Origin: Octopus bimaculoides
Lineage: Eukaryota
Assembly: GCF_001194135.2 (NCBI RefSeq)
Contig: NC_068991.1
Location: 65,220,907 to 65,284,906 of the forward strand
Direction of reading: 5' to 3'
Length of the DNA: 64,000 nucleotides
Below are positions 52,211 to 64,000 of the stretch, piece after piece. Position 1 is the first letter of the stretch. The number at the start of each line of letters is the position of its first letter. Under the pieces are notes generated by a model that was not told where the DNA came from, did not search any database, and worked only from the letters and a program-made list of their open reading frames with translations. A program made the translations under genes and the position numbers.

Positions 52211-54690
52211 ATAAAAGATATTTTTAAAAGTCTTTAAAAGGCAGATTAACACAGACTTGATGGAAAGAAGTTTTCGTGGTAGCGCTTTTCAGTTTTCAGC
52301 TTTTCAAACACACGTGTTATACACACGCGTGCAATAAAGAGGCGTTTTCGTTGTAATCACTGATACAGAAAAAAACGAAAGAGTATATACGATGTCATTT
52401 AAATGACTCTTCCACGAGATAATAATATTTTCTGACATAGTGTGCCTCAAATTTGAAGAAGACCTTATTATTTGACTGGTACTAAATTTCATCTACCCTG
52501 AAGGGATGAAAGGGAAAGTTGACCTCGGTGAGATATGAACTCAGATCTTAAAGAACCAGTAAAAACACCATGAACCTTATTTGTAAAGGAACTGCTTTTC
52601 ATGAAATAAACTTTAAGATGGTCACAAGGTTACATTTGTGAAGGGATTCATATTCGATTATATTGAACTCGTCTCGAGATTGGTACATTATTTTATCTAA
52701 CTTAGCAAGTAGGAATATAAAATCAATCCTGAAGTTATTTGAATTTAGTATACAAAGAAGCATAACGAAATACCACATGGCAGTTTATTGTTGGAATGAG
52801 ACAACTGGGCGCAGCTCTTTGGGAGATTTGACACGGTTGACTGGACATTCAAACTGTTTTGGTGAAAGTACTTTACAGCGCTGGAAGCAAACACGCGCTC
52901 GCGCAGAAATATACAAATCCTGAGAGAAAGAGTATAAGAGGGAGAGACAGGGAGGAAGGAATTACAATTTATAAATTGAACGCGATTGGCATAAACACTT
53001 TCCCTCTTAAAGAGAAATATGCTCTCACGCATAAATAGAGGGAGAGAACGAGGGAGGAAGAGGGCAAAAGACGCAGTAAAACGAAAGAAACATAAAAACA
53101 TCTGATGTCAAATAAGTCAGCGTCGAATCAGCGACGCCAATCAGGCAACACCAAAATGGTTGCGCCAGAACTTTTCATATCCATTTATTGTTTCTGTTAC
53201 TGATGATAATTTCCGATTCAGACACACTGCGACACATTTGGAGATATCAAGAGTCGATTATATCGATCCCAGTACATATATTTAACGATATCAGAAAGAT
53301 GAAAGGCGATATTAATTATAAAGTTTTTTTTTTTAAAGAATGGAAATAGAAACAGTAAAACATTTTGTACGGCTTTTAACAAGGGCTCAATGTCATAACG
53401 ATCTTTGGGGGATGGTCACCGTCAAGAAAATGTGACCCAGCACTCAAGTACTGCTATTTTATTAATTCTTAACGGATGAAAAACAAAATTAACCTTGGAG
53501 AGAAAAGAAAGGGAGGTAACAAAATACCAAGTAGCTTCTTGTCTATCAATAATGGCTTCAGATTTTGGCACAACATCAATTTTAGATCGAGGGAGTTAAG
53601 TCAATTACAAGGATCCCCCACTCTTTAGTGTTCAAGTGGATCTTATTTTATCGACGTCGAAAAGATGAAAAGCAAAGCTGAGCTCGTCGGAATTTGAACT
53701 CAAAAGGTAGAGAGCCGGAAGATATGTCACAAAGAGTTATGCCCAATACACTAAAAATTCTACCAGCTATAATAATTACCCTTTCTCATTTTGGCACAAA
53801 ATAGTTATCTTTTCTAATATAATAATTAGAATAATTGTCCTTTCTAATTTTGGCACAAGGTCAGCAATTTTGAAAGGCGGGAGGGAGCAAGATGATAGCG
53901 TCGACCTGAGTGCTCGACAGGTACATTTTTTTTTATCGACCCGAAAGGATTAAAAGCATAGCTGACTTCGACAGAATTTGAACACAGGAAGTAAAGAGCT
54001 GCTAGAAATGTCACCGAATATTTCTTCCGATGATCTAACGATTCTACAACTTTGGCCTTCATGTTGATGCTCCAAATAATAATTACAATTTCTGACTTAT
54101 ACTTGAGACCACAAATTTGGGACGGGGAGAAGTGCTAATCTATTAAACCGACTCCAATGCATGAGTGGCACAACTTTTATCGACTCAACAAAAAATATAA
54201 AGACGACCTCCACAAGATTTGAGATCAGAACGTAAAGAGAGAAATTTTGTTCGGCACTCTATCAATTCCGTCAGTTTTTATATTACAATAACAATAACGC
54301 AAGGTTTTTAAAAAAAAGCATCGAAAGATCGACTAAATTATTGTTATTTTATGGACACAAACATGAGAAAATGGGTTTTAGGATTCTTTGGAAATGTCGA
54401 TGTTCCCATCAAATTCTGACTGACGTGAGATATATCTTCGACAAAACTGACGTCAATGATGTTAAAAATATTTGGGCATNNNNNNNNNNNNNNNNNNNNN
54501 NNNNNNNNNNNNNNNNNNNNNNNNNNNNNNNNNNNNNNNNNNNNNNNNNNNNNNNNNNNNNNNNNNNNNNNNNNNNNNNNNNNNNNNNNNNNNNNNNNNN
54601 NNNNNNNNNNNNNNNNNNNNNNNNNNNNNNNNNNNNNNATATATATATATATATATATATATAATAGATATATGTACATGCATATATGGG

Positions 54691-54969
54691 TACAGGACGT
54701 CACTGACAGCGCAAATAACGAGAAATATGTATACAAAAAGAGGGGAAAACGAATGAAATACGTAAACAACAAGAAAAACATAGAAAACAAGTTAACACAG
54801 AGAAAGGACCCTTCATCAGTTGTTGGTTGTCTATCTACTCCTCGGTCCTTTCTCTGTGTTAACTTGTCCTGTTTTCTATTTTTTTCATCGTTGTTTACGT
54901 TTTTCACTCGTTTTTCCCCTCATTTGTTTACGTATTTCATGTTATTTGCACCGTTGGTGATGTCCTGTA
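54691..54969. mobile_element. Fold-back element with ~120-bp imperfect inverted arms (TACAGGACGTCAC… termini in TA context)
   Basis: The arms 54691-54811 and 54844-54969 are reverse complements with scattered differences. A related fragment lies at ~44950-45110. Confidence 0.7.
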
Positions 54970-55939
54970 TGCATATATGCCTATATATATATATAATACT
55001 ATATACATATATATACATATATATGTTATATATTATTTACTACATATATGTATATGTATATATATATATAAAGTGTAGTATATTGCCACTTAAGTGTGGC
55101 TGACCCCTAGAGGTGGATGTTAGTGTTGCTTTTAGCCCCAGGAGGACATCTCCTCCAGCTGGCTTATCGACACACTACTGGAGATGTCCTCCTGGGGCTA
55201 AAAGCAACAGTAACATCCACNNNNNNNNNNNNNNNNNNNNNNNNNNNNNNNNNNNNNNNNNNNNNNNNNNNNNNNNNNNNNNNNNNNNNNNNNNNNNNNN
55301 NNNNNNNNNNNNNNNNNNNNNNNNNNNNNNNNNNNNNNNNNNNNNNNNNNNNNNNNNNNNNNNNNNNNNNNNNNNNNNNNNNNNNNNNNNNNNNNNNNNN
55401 NNNNNNNNNNNNNNNNNNNNNNNNNNNNNNNNNNNNNNNNNNNNNNNNNNNNNNNNNNNNNNNNNNNNNNNNNNNNNNNNNNNNNNNNNNNNNNNNNNNN
55501 NNNNNNNNNNNNNNNNNNNNNNNNNNNNNNNNNNNNNNNNNNNNNNNNNNNNNNNNNNNNNNNNNNNNNNNNNNNNNNNNNNNNNNNNNNNNNNNNNNNN
55601 NNNNNNNNNNNNNNNNNNNNNNNNNNNNNNNNNNNNNNNNNNNNNNNNNNNNNNNNNNNNNNNNNNNNNNNNNNNNNNNNNNNNNNNNNNNNNNNNNNNN
55701 NNNNNNNNNNNNNNNNNNNNNNNNNNNNNNNNNNNNNNNNNNNNNNNNNNNNNNNNNNNNNNNNNNNNNNNNNNNNNNNNNNNNNNNNNNNNNNNNNNNN
55801 NNNNNNNNNNNNNNNNNNNNNNNNNNNNNNNNNNNNNNNNNNNNNNNNNNNNNNNNNNNNNNNNNNNNNNNNNNNNNNNNNNNNNNNNNNNNNNNNNNNN
55901 NNNNNNNNNNNNNNNNNNNNNNNNNNNNNNNNNNNNNNT

Positions 55940-56243
55940 AGGGTTACGGTTAAAGCAAATTTAAAATGAAAAAAGCAAATAAAACGAAGGTATGGAGATT
56001 AAATACGCTTTACATCGCTTAATCAGCCAAAGGAGTAAATGTAAACAACTGAATACTTGTCAGTGATTGGTTGAAATTATCGAAATAAGACAATTTTTTA
56101 CATGAAATAAATTCAAATACAAAAATATTTTTCTGTTCTATAACACAAAATAGATAAGTATACGAAGTTTGAAAGTCTTTCCGTACCAAAAACACTACGT
56201 AAAACTTTAATGAAAAATGTGGCCCCCGTTTTAAAATAGATCC
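55940..56243. mobile_element. Second, oppositely oriented copy of the 20057-20586 element (half lost in the gap)
   Basis: Reverse complement of ~20057-20290, ending …GGCCCCCGTTTTAAAATAGATCC. It starts at GGGTTA at the gap edge. Confidence 0.85.
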
Positions 56244-57084
56244 AAAGATTGTCTTAACTGGTATGTCACACGTACTGAGAAGAGCATTGTCGCTATTAAT
56301 TTTCTTTTCTTTTTCCCCCTTTATTTTATTTATTTACTTTTCTATTTTTTTATTTTTTTCCTTTTTCTCTCTGTCTTCCCCTTTTTCTCTTTCACATGAC
56401 TGTAAATAAACAATCTGGTGTGCTTGTTTTAATAGGCTACAAATGTATACAGTACATTTCTCTGCCCTAGGTGTCAGGAAAACACTCGGCAAGAAATGGA
56501 AACAGAATTGAAAAAAGATGCTAATGAAAATGATAATAATTATATATATCAAAAATAGATAATGTGGGTTTTTTTACAGCACAAGGAATTTTTTGACGAT
56601 CTTTGGTTTTAGGTACATCTATTTGGTGGACTCAAAGTGGAAAAGAAACAATGAGGGGGAAAGTGCAAAAGTTCCAATATGTAAAATACTTATATATTCG
56701 TTTCTCTTACTCAGAATACCCAAATCTATTTTTGTATTTTCCCGGGTTGTTTCTTTTTCACTGGATATATGTACTTAACATCAAAGGTCGCCGATTCATC
56801 ATCATCATCATCGTCGCCGTTGTCGTCATCGTCATCATTATTAATATTTAATAGTTTTTGCAGTGAAGACTATTACCAATTCACTCAACTCCTTTTTTTT
56901 CTTGTACATTCTCTCGAACATCGTTATTAGCTATTTACATTTCTCATTCCGTTTCGATACCAATCTAATTTCGGTCTCATCTGAAAACAATCGACCGCGG
57001 TTCCATTTCTCAAATCTTGTTGTTTTTTATATGACTATGTACACAAGGGATTCATGTTCCTTGGGAAGTAATATAAAGTTAGCT

Positions 57085-57490
57085 TGCAGTTTACAGTCGT
57101 AAAAAAGGTGAAAGTAAATTGTCTAAAAATAATGAAAGTAAATTGCGGTAGAAACCGCGGAAGTGACGACAGTAACATCCCATAATTTCATGTAAACAAT
57201 GTATATGACATAACCAATGTATAGAACGTACATTCACTTGATATAACATGAGATGAAAACAATCACACTTCTCAGTAGTGTCCGTTACTGGATATCCTAC
57301 TTGGACCGGTACACCTCAGCTGCAACTTCTGAAATACTTAATGTATCTCTAGAAGGTACTATGTATGCTTGTGGACATGGCATAATAAGGGAGTTCTTTA
57401 TGTTCTTTGTATGAAATTTAAGGATATCATTGTCATCATTTTAAGGTTCTATCGCAATTTACTTTCACTTTTTTACAACCGTAAACTGCA
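57085..57490. mobile_element. MITE with (TG)CAGTTTAC…GTAAACTG(CA) TIRs and GAAAGTAAATTG subrepeats
   Basis: Terminal inverted repeat of ~35 bp or more. The left ~130 bp is shared with 63490-63866. Confidence 0.75.
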
Positions 57491-57639
57491 TATTCACCTA
57501 GTCAAATATTTATTTACCTCTAACTGACATTTCTCAATTATTATTATTATTATTTTCTTTACTGAAGTATTTCTTTCTGGCCTTAGTGTGATGGGCCGCA
57601 ATATTTTGCTTAATAAGATTTTACTATGGTTGCATGGGG

Positions 57640-58080
57640 TGAAGGTATGCCTATATGGTTAAGAAACTCGCTTTGCAACCACGTGGTTTTGGCTTCAGTC
57701 CCACTGTGCAGCACCTTGGGTAAGTGTCTTCTACTATAGCTCCGGGCCAACCAATGCTTTGTGAGTGAATTTGGTAGACGGAAACTATGTGGAAGGACGA
57801 AGAATAAGTACGAAGAATAAGTACCAAACTTTAGAATAATCCTGAGGTCGATTTATTCGACTAAAACAGTTATAGACGAACTGTAGTTCGCAGGACTTAG
57901 TGAATGACGCCTAATTTCACGAAGAAAGTAACGTTTATTAAAATTTGTTTAATAGTGCTGTCCGCCTAATGACCCACGTCTCATTCGGCCTATTTCTCGA
58001 AAAAGGTTTTCCATGCCTGGACTAAAACCTCCTCCAAGGCGGTACCCCAGTATGGTCGCAATCCAATGACTGAATGAAGT
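57640..58080 (+). mobile_element. SINE family A, fragmented
   Basis: Head at ~57640-57790. Tail pieces at ~57810-57870 and ~58020-58080. Confidence 0.65.
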
Positions 58081-58499
58081 TAAGAAGATAATAGACAAAG
58101 ACTGTTTCAAAAGGTTAGAGGGTTCATTTCCTCTTTTTTCTAGATTATTATGCAATTGCCGAGTATTATTCAGGTATACATCAATTAAACAGGTAATGAG
58201 ACAAGAATACTATTTCCTCCCTCAAATAACAATTCCATGTTTTGATATGTTCTGTTCTATTCGGTCAATTCCACACTTCATTATCAATTATGATGACAGC
58301 TAGCTGCTGCATAAAAATACGATATTTAGTTACTGATGAATAACAGTAAACTTGACAAGGTGAACTTCCTCTCTAAACACAGAATCGCTACATTACTGTC
58401 GTTCCAGCTACACGCAAATATTCCATTCTTAGTAATCGTTTTAAGTCAAATTAGCATCTTAGCTCCACCCCAACATGCTTTTTTTTATTTTGTATCTTT

Positions 58500-58820
58500 A
58501 CTTTTTATCTTTTACTTGTCTTAGTCATTGGACTGCGGCCATGCTGGGGCACTGCCTTGAAGTGTCTGGTCGAAGAAATCGAACACGTACTTAGATTTTA
58601 AAGCCTGATACACCTATTCTATCGGCCTCTTTTCACAAACCAAGTTACGAAGACGTAGACAAATTAACACTGGTTGTCAAGAGGTGGCAGGGAACAAACA
58701 TAGCACAAAGAACAGACTCCCCCACCCCCACAAATTAGTGTGTGTGTGTACGATGGTCTTCTTTCAGTTTCCGTCTATCAAATCCACTCACAAGGCTACA
58801 GTAGAAAATACTTGCCCAAC
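58500..58820 (-). mobile_element. SINE family A, 5'-truncated
   Basis: Reverse complement of the family A tail and body. Confidence 0.75.
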
Positions 58821-58989
58821 GTGATATAGCCGTTGTTAAAACTACATAAGGTTGGCAACAAACTGTTATTAGTTAGGTTATTATTTATTGATGTGTAGTG
58901 AAACTACTATCGCCATTATATTCAAACAGACCATCTTCTCTCACTATAAATATGACAGACGCGAGCGTAGTAGAAAACATCTCTTTCCT

Positions 58990-59200
58990 TGTCATCACGT
59001 GACTAATTATTATTTGAAGCGGCAACTGCTTCGTACCGTTCCCGCCAGAACGCAAACTGACCAATCACAGCCCTTAATAAGGTCACGTGATGGTGTTTTT
59101 CTAATGCCTCTCTGGAGCCCCTATATTGCTTCAAATAGACTAAATTATACCCGGAAAATTCGTCGCGGTTCAGTTCTCTTAGAGACCTGTTCCGTCCGTG
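58990..59200. promoter_or_regulatory. Candidate CpG-rich promoter with two TCACGTGA E-boxes and a CCAAT box
   Basis: TCACGTGAC at 58995-59003, CCAATCA at 59061 and GTCACGTGAT at 59082-59091, plus a CCGGAA ETS-like site. CpG-rich unique sequence with CAG/CGA simple repeats follows, typical of a 5' UTR. Confidence 0.5.
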
Positions 59201-62200
59201 TACCACACAGAGCAGCAGCAGCAGCCAGCGACAACAGTCACAGCTTCGTACAACTACGACTACCAGCAGCAACACGACTCTACGACTACTACCAGCATCG
59301 CCGCCGCCAGTCAACACGACACTACGACTACCAGCATCGCCAACATCGTCAACATGACTTCTACGTACACCAGCTAACCAAAACTACCGCAGAACTTCTA
59401 ACTCTGTTTGTGCGATTCACCTTCGCCACGATAGACAACAGACAAGAACCCAGCCTGCGAAGAATATCTGTATACAGGAACCCGGCTCGGCATGGAAGCC
59501 CTAACATCACGATGAGTGATCGTCCTGCCCCACACGCCTCAACTTCTTACATACAGACTCTTACTATTGTGTACTCTAAGAACTGGCAAATTCTTATATG
59601 TGTTACTGACTCTTTTTTTCTATCTGCTGTATCTCACGCATACACACGCATGTATCACTTACACACTCTTTTCTTTACACGACGGCCTGTCTTTTATTAT
59701 GTTTTCATTATGTCGCATACACTCACACACAGACATACATTTTAATGCTACAATAAATATTACGGTTATTCATCTTTATCGGTTGTGTTCTATCGTCTTC
59801 CTTTACTGGCATTTACGAATTCACTATGTTATCGAAGTATAACATATTTATATCATTTGATATATTTTGTGTTCGACCGTGTGACGCGTTTAAGAAAGGA
59901 GCCCTGTTTTTCCATTCGTCACCATTTCTCCTTTTGGGTTCGCACGGTCGTTCTTACAGATGCATAAACATTGCTAAACAGCAAGAGAAGGTCTAACCCC
60001 AGAGCGAATATTGAGTCACAAAGCATTATGGGAATTTCCTTGCTGCACTGTTAAATACTAACTCCGCAGAGAATGAACACAGCTCAACAAATATGCAGTC
60101 GCAATTTGTCCTTTACAATTTTACACGTAATCATCGACACTCTGCTGTAGGACTGAATCCAAGCCCATATCGTTGGAAAACAAGCTTCTCAGCCACACAG
60201 TTACGTCTGTGCCTATTTTATTTACCCATCGTCACATTTTACCCATATGGTTACTTTTCAAGTTTGTGTTTTCCTTTCTTTTTTCCGTTCGAATAGTTGT
60301 TACTTTGATTTATATTACCTTCAACGCTATTCATAGAAAAAGAGAAATGACATAATTTTGAAAGTACCTTAAAAGGATTTCAGCAAATTTTGTCACAATC
60401 TTCTCAATATTGAAGGAATGTCTTTCTTTTTCCTATCGCAATGTTTCTCTTTGTTCATTCACACAAACAAAATTTCAGCTTACAAAGATACGTTCGTATG
60501 TCGTATTGTTTTGTATGAATAGGCAGAAAGAAACATACGTTCACTAGCGTAGCCAGGATCGGGCAGGTGATCCTCCTCGGACGACGCTTATATATAGCAA
60601 CACTTATGAGTCGGCTGTATAAGGTGGAGGCCGTGAAGCCAAGTGGCCTAGTAATTAGGGTGTTGCATCTACGACAATGCGATCATGGTTTCGATTCCCC
60701 TGGTTGGGCGTTGCGTTGTGTTCTTGAGCAAAACACCTTATTTAACGTTGCTCCAGTTCACTCAACTGTGATCAAGTAACCCTGCGACTGACTGGCAGTC
60801 AGTCGCACAACATAAGGGTGTGGTTGTGTTCTCGGGTACTTTGGTACACAGTTGGAATCTCTTTGACTATAGTTCTGATCAATCAAGGCTGACCGCGGAT
60901 AAAATAATTACAGCTAAAACCTCTATTCGAACCTGCAGAGAAGCCTCTACACGATCACTCAACCTACAAGAAATAACAAACAAATATTCCTCAAATACCA
61001 ACTTATCGCCCCCACCCCCACCCACAAAAAAGACATATTTGATAATATAACATTAGATACACCTTGTTTGGAAAACAAATGGCTGGTCAGGGTTAAAATA
61101 CATTTTCATCAGCATATGACGGTGACTGTCATCGTAAAAGAAGTAAACTTTTCTGACACTGCCAACTCCTTCCTTATCGTCCTCAATTCCAAAATGTCAA
61201 ATGTGATGGAGATTGTTGCAAACAACTTCCTTTATCATCCTGAGTTTCTTTTCCTTCTCCATGACCAAAAATTTCAGGTTCTTTCTCCATGACCAACACT
61301 ACAGATTGTATGGATCCACATTTTTCAGAGATTTGCTCCGCTACTGTGGTGTACGCGTGCGAGTAGAAGTAATCGGCTTACCTCGGTTTTCCTTCCTTTG
61401 CACGAGTCTGTCCTGCAGTATCCGATCCTCGCGGCTCGCCCGACCCGAAGAACACTAGAAATAGCAGCTGCTTCTCCCAACACCTAGAAGATCGCTTGGC
61501 ACGTCCTCTCCTCACGACAACCCCGTTCGAAAAGGGCACGAAATCCCGATCTAGGCTCCCTCGGCCCTTCTTCCTCTTCCGGTCAGTTCATGGTTCCGGT
61601 CAGAGGTCAGCTCCTCAGTTGCTGACGTCATACCACAGCTACATCATACACCAATGATTTATCACTCTTGAGAACTTTGGTGAAAGCAATCCTCTTAAAA
61701 TGTCCCACCTCTCGTTTCAATCTGTCTCCCAAACTTTGGATCAAGAGTTTCTCTTGAATTGCTCCTCTACAGTGTCCAGTATCAGAGCTCGCTCCGACCC
61801 ACAGTCCATCGCCTAAGTTTCGGTCTGTCGCACTCTTCCTTCTTTACACCTTATGACTTTCTCCGTGTTACCTCTTACTATAAATGCTCTTATACGGATG
61901 ATATTAGTGTTCAGTCCTTGATCTTTCCCATGCGGGCGTCCTCCACATGAAAATTAGACCACCCACGCTAGATCTGATCTGCTTACGTTTCAATGTGGTG
62001 ATTAGGACCATATCGTGACTTTGTAATTATATCTTTTTTCTATTTTTTTAAAATTTTTTAAGAAAAGTAAGACTGACAGTTGTTGGTGACATGCAATGAC
62101 ATTTTCATTATATAAATATCAGAAAAAGTAACACCTGAATCACCGTTACCATCATCAGAAGCAGCGCCACCAGTGTCATCGCTATCATCAACATCATCAT

Positions 62201-62240
62201 TTGATAACAATCTATTAACATTATATGTATGTATGTACGT

Positions 62241-62629
62241 GTGGAGGCGCAATGGCCCAGTGTTTAGGGCAGCGGACTCGCGGTCGTGGGATCGCTGTTT
62301 CGATTCCCAGACCGGGCGTTGTGAGTGTTTATTGAGCGAAACCACCTAAAGGCTCCACGAGGCTCCGGCAGGGGATGGTGGCGAACCCTGCTGTACTCTT
62401 TCACCACAACTTTCTCTCACTCTTACTTCCTGTTTCTGTTGTGCCTGTAATTCAAAAGGTCAGCCTTGTCACACTGTGTCACGCTGAATATCCCCGAGAA
62501 CTACGTTAAGGGTACACGTGTCTGTGGAGTGCTCAGCCACTTGCACGTTAATTTCACGAGCAGGCTGTTCCATTGATCGGATCAACTGGAACCCTCGACG
62601 TCGTAAGCGACGGAGTGCCATCAACAACA
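62241..62629 (+). mobile_element. SINE family C, full length, inserted in (GTAT)n
   Basis: Nearly identical to 30082-30464 along its whole length. TATGTATGTA flanks both sides. Confidence 0.9.
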
Positions 62630-63489
62630 GAGTATGTATGTATGTATGTAACAATGTGTGTGTGTGAGTGCGCGCGTGCGCATATATCTTCTATTCATTG
62701 TTCGCTGAAGCCTGATCAAAGAAGGCAAAAGTGGGCCATAAATGTTATTTGAAACAGTTTCTTGACGACAGAAATCTGGACAACTTAGCGATACGAAGCT
62801 GTGATTATATAATTTGTTTTCATCAGTGGGGATATTTTGTTGTTGTTTAACTCTAGGTCAGTTCTGATTAAGAGAATTATAACCAAAAGGTATTCTATCC
62901 ATAAGCATCTAGTATTTTTGTCAAGTTTTTCAGATTCAATATATTTATGATTATATTATCCAAGGTATCTCTTTCCTTCGGCGGAAGAGCAAACTTTGAG
63001 GGAAAGTTAGCAGCTAGTCCTAGCAGAGCTAACAACAACACAAAAGCTCCCTCAGTGACTCGTCGTAGAACATTTTTGTAACAGAAGGCCGATAACTATC
63101 GGTTCTGAACGTGGAAAGACGGCACTAACCCCTCGATTTTTAAACTAGTTTTGAGGCCTCAAATGTTCTAGGAATAGGATATTGTGTATGGGTAGTTGTG
63201 ATGTTCAAAGTTGTAGTTTTTCTTTAGGCCGTTACTTACTGAATTATAGTAAAATTGAAAGCGGCAAATTGTCAGAATCAGTTGCACGCCGGACATAATA
63301 GTTAGCGACGTTTCTTTCCGCTTTGCGTTCTGAGTTGAAATGCAGCCGACGTCGACTTTGCAATTTATGTTTTGGAGTCGATAAAATTAGTTTAGTACTG
63401 GGTCGATTACATCGACTTAATCCCATTCCATAAAATTACTGGCATTGTGCCAAAAAATTTGTATGTAACATTAAAATCGATCGATTTGC

Positions 63490-63866
63490 ATGCAGTTCAC
63501 CGTCATAAAAAAGTGAAAGTAAATTGTCTTAAAAGATAAAAGTAAATTGCTATAGAAACCGGTAGTGATATCAGTGACATCCCATAATTTCATGTAAACA
63601 ATGTATGTGATATAATCAATGTATATAACATTGATGCAAGATATAAAATTCATGAATAGTTTTTCACGATCTTCAGATTTGTTTCGCTACGCATGAGCAT
63701 GAAAATATGATGTAAATGAATAATCACGAGTCCCACTTTGATGCTTAGGTTTCTTCTTGGCGAGCGTCCATAGCCCTTCTGTCATCACTTCCGGTTTCTA
63801 TCACAATTTACTTTCATTTTTTAGGACATTTAACTTTCACTTCTTCACGACGGTAATCAGCATGTT
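63490..63866. mobile_element. MITE of the same family, with ~80-bp imperfect TIRs
   Basis: Left CATGCAGTTCACCGTCATAAAAAAGTGAAAGTAAATTG…AGAAACCGGTAGTGAT pairs imperfectly with right ATCACTTCCGGTTTCT…CACGACGGTAATCAGCATG. Confidence 0.75.
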
Positions 63867-64000
63867 AACCAAACCAATCTTACATTAATTAGTCACAAAG
63901 CTATGAATTTATTAGTAAAAGGTAATTACTGCTTAATGGAGTCTTCACCAAAAGTTTTCGTGTCTTACGCTGCTTGCCACACATAGAATATTTAGTAGGA

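Noticed and set aside
58888-59745. 285-aa ORF
   Set aside because: It starts at a non-ATG codon, runs through promoter motifs and triplet repeats, has no recognisable domain and no splice support. It is probably incidental, though not excluded.

Overview
AT-rich, repeat-dense animal genomic DNA with many N gaps. The SINE and microsatellite content suggests a coleoid cephalopod, probably Octopus (inferred, not searched). One protein-coding gene is supported: the MAPKBP1/WDR62-family WD40 gene on the minus strand. Its first coding exon is at 40998-40915 (MDKPSISRKVLRSPNLRRKKNTVPVDQR). After a ~39.9 kb intron, the next exon is at 1017-926 ([31 protein letters not shown]); later exons lie beyond base 1. 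The rest is mostly tRNA-derived SINEs (at least three families), RTE LINE 3' fragments, a stack of R4/Dong-like RLE retrotransposon ends in TAA repeats, a mariner remnant, several MITEs and simple repeats. The most unusual items are: (i) a minimal hammerhead-ribozyme-like fold with a G3:C8 swapped core, sense to the MAPKBP1 intron (36618-36665); (ii) a young 530-bp TIR element with an 8-bp TSD and an inverted telomeric-repeat core (20057-20586); (iii) a 21-bp minisatellite inside a coding-like, possibly spliced frame (31264-32196); (iv) a CpG-depleted to CpG-intact switch near 35-38 kb. Almost all ORF-track entries are artefacts of microsatellites, SINEs or N gaps. No CRISPR, rRNA or intact tRNA gene was seen.
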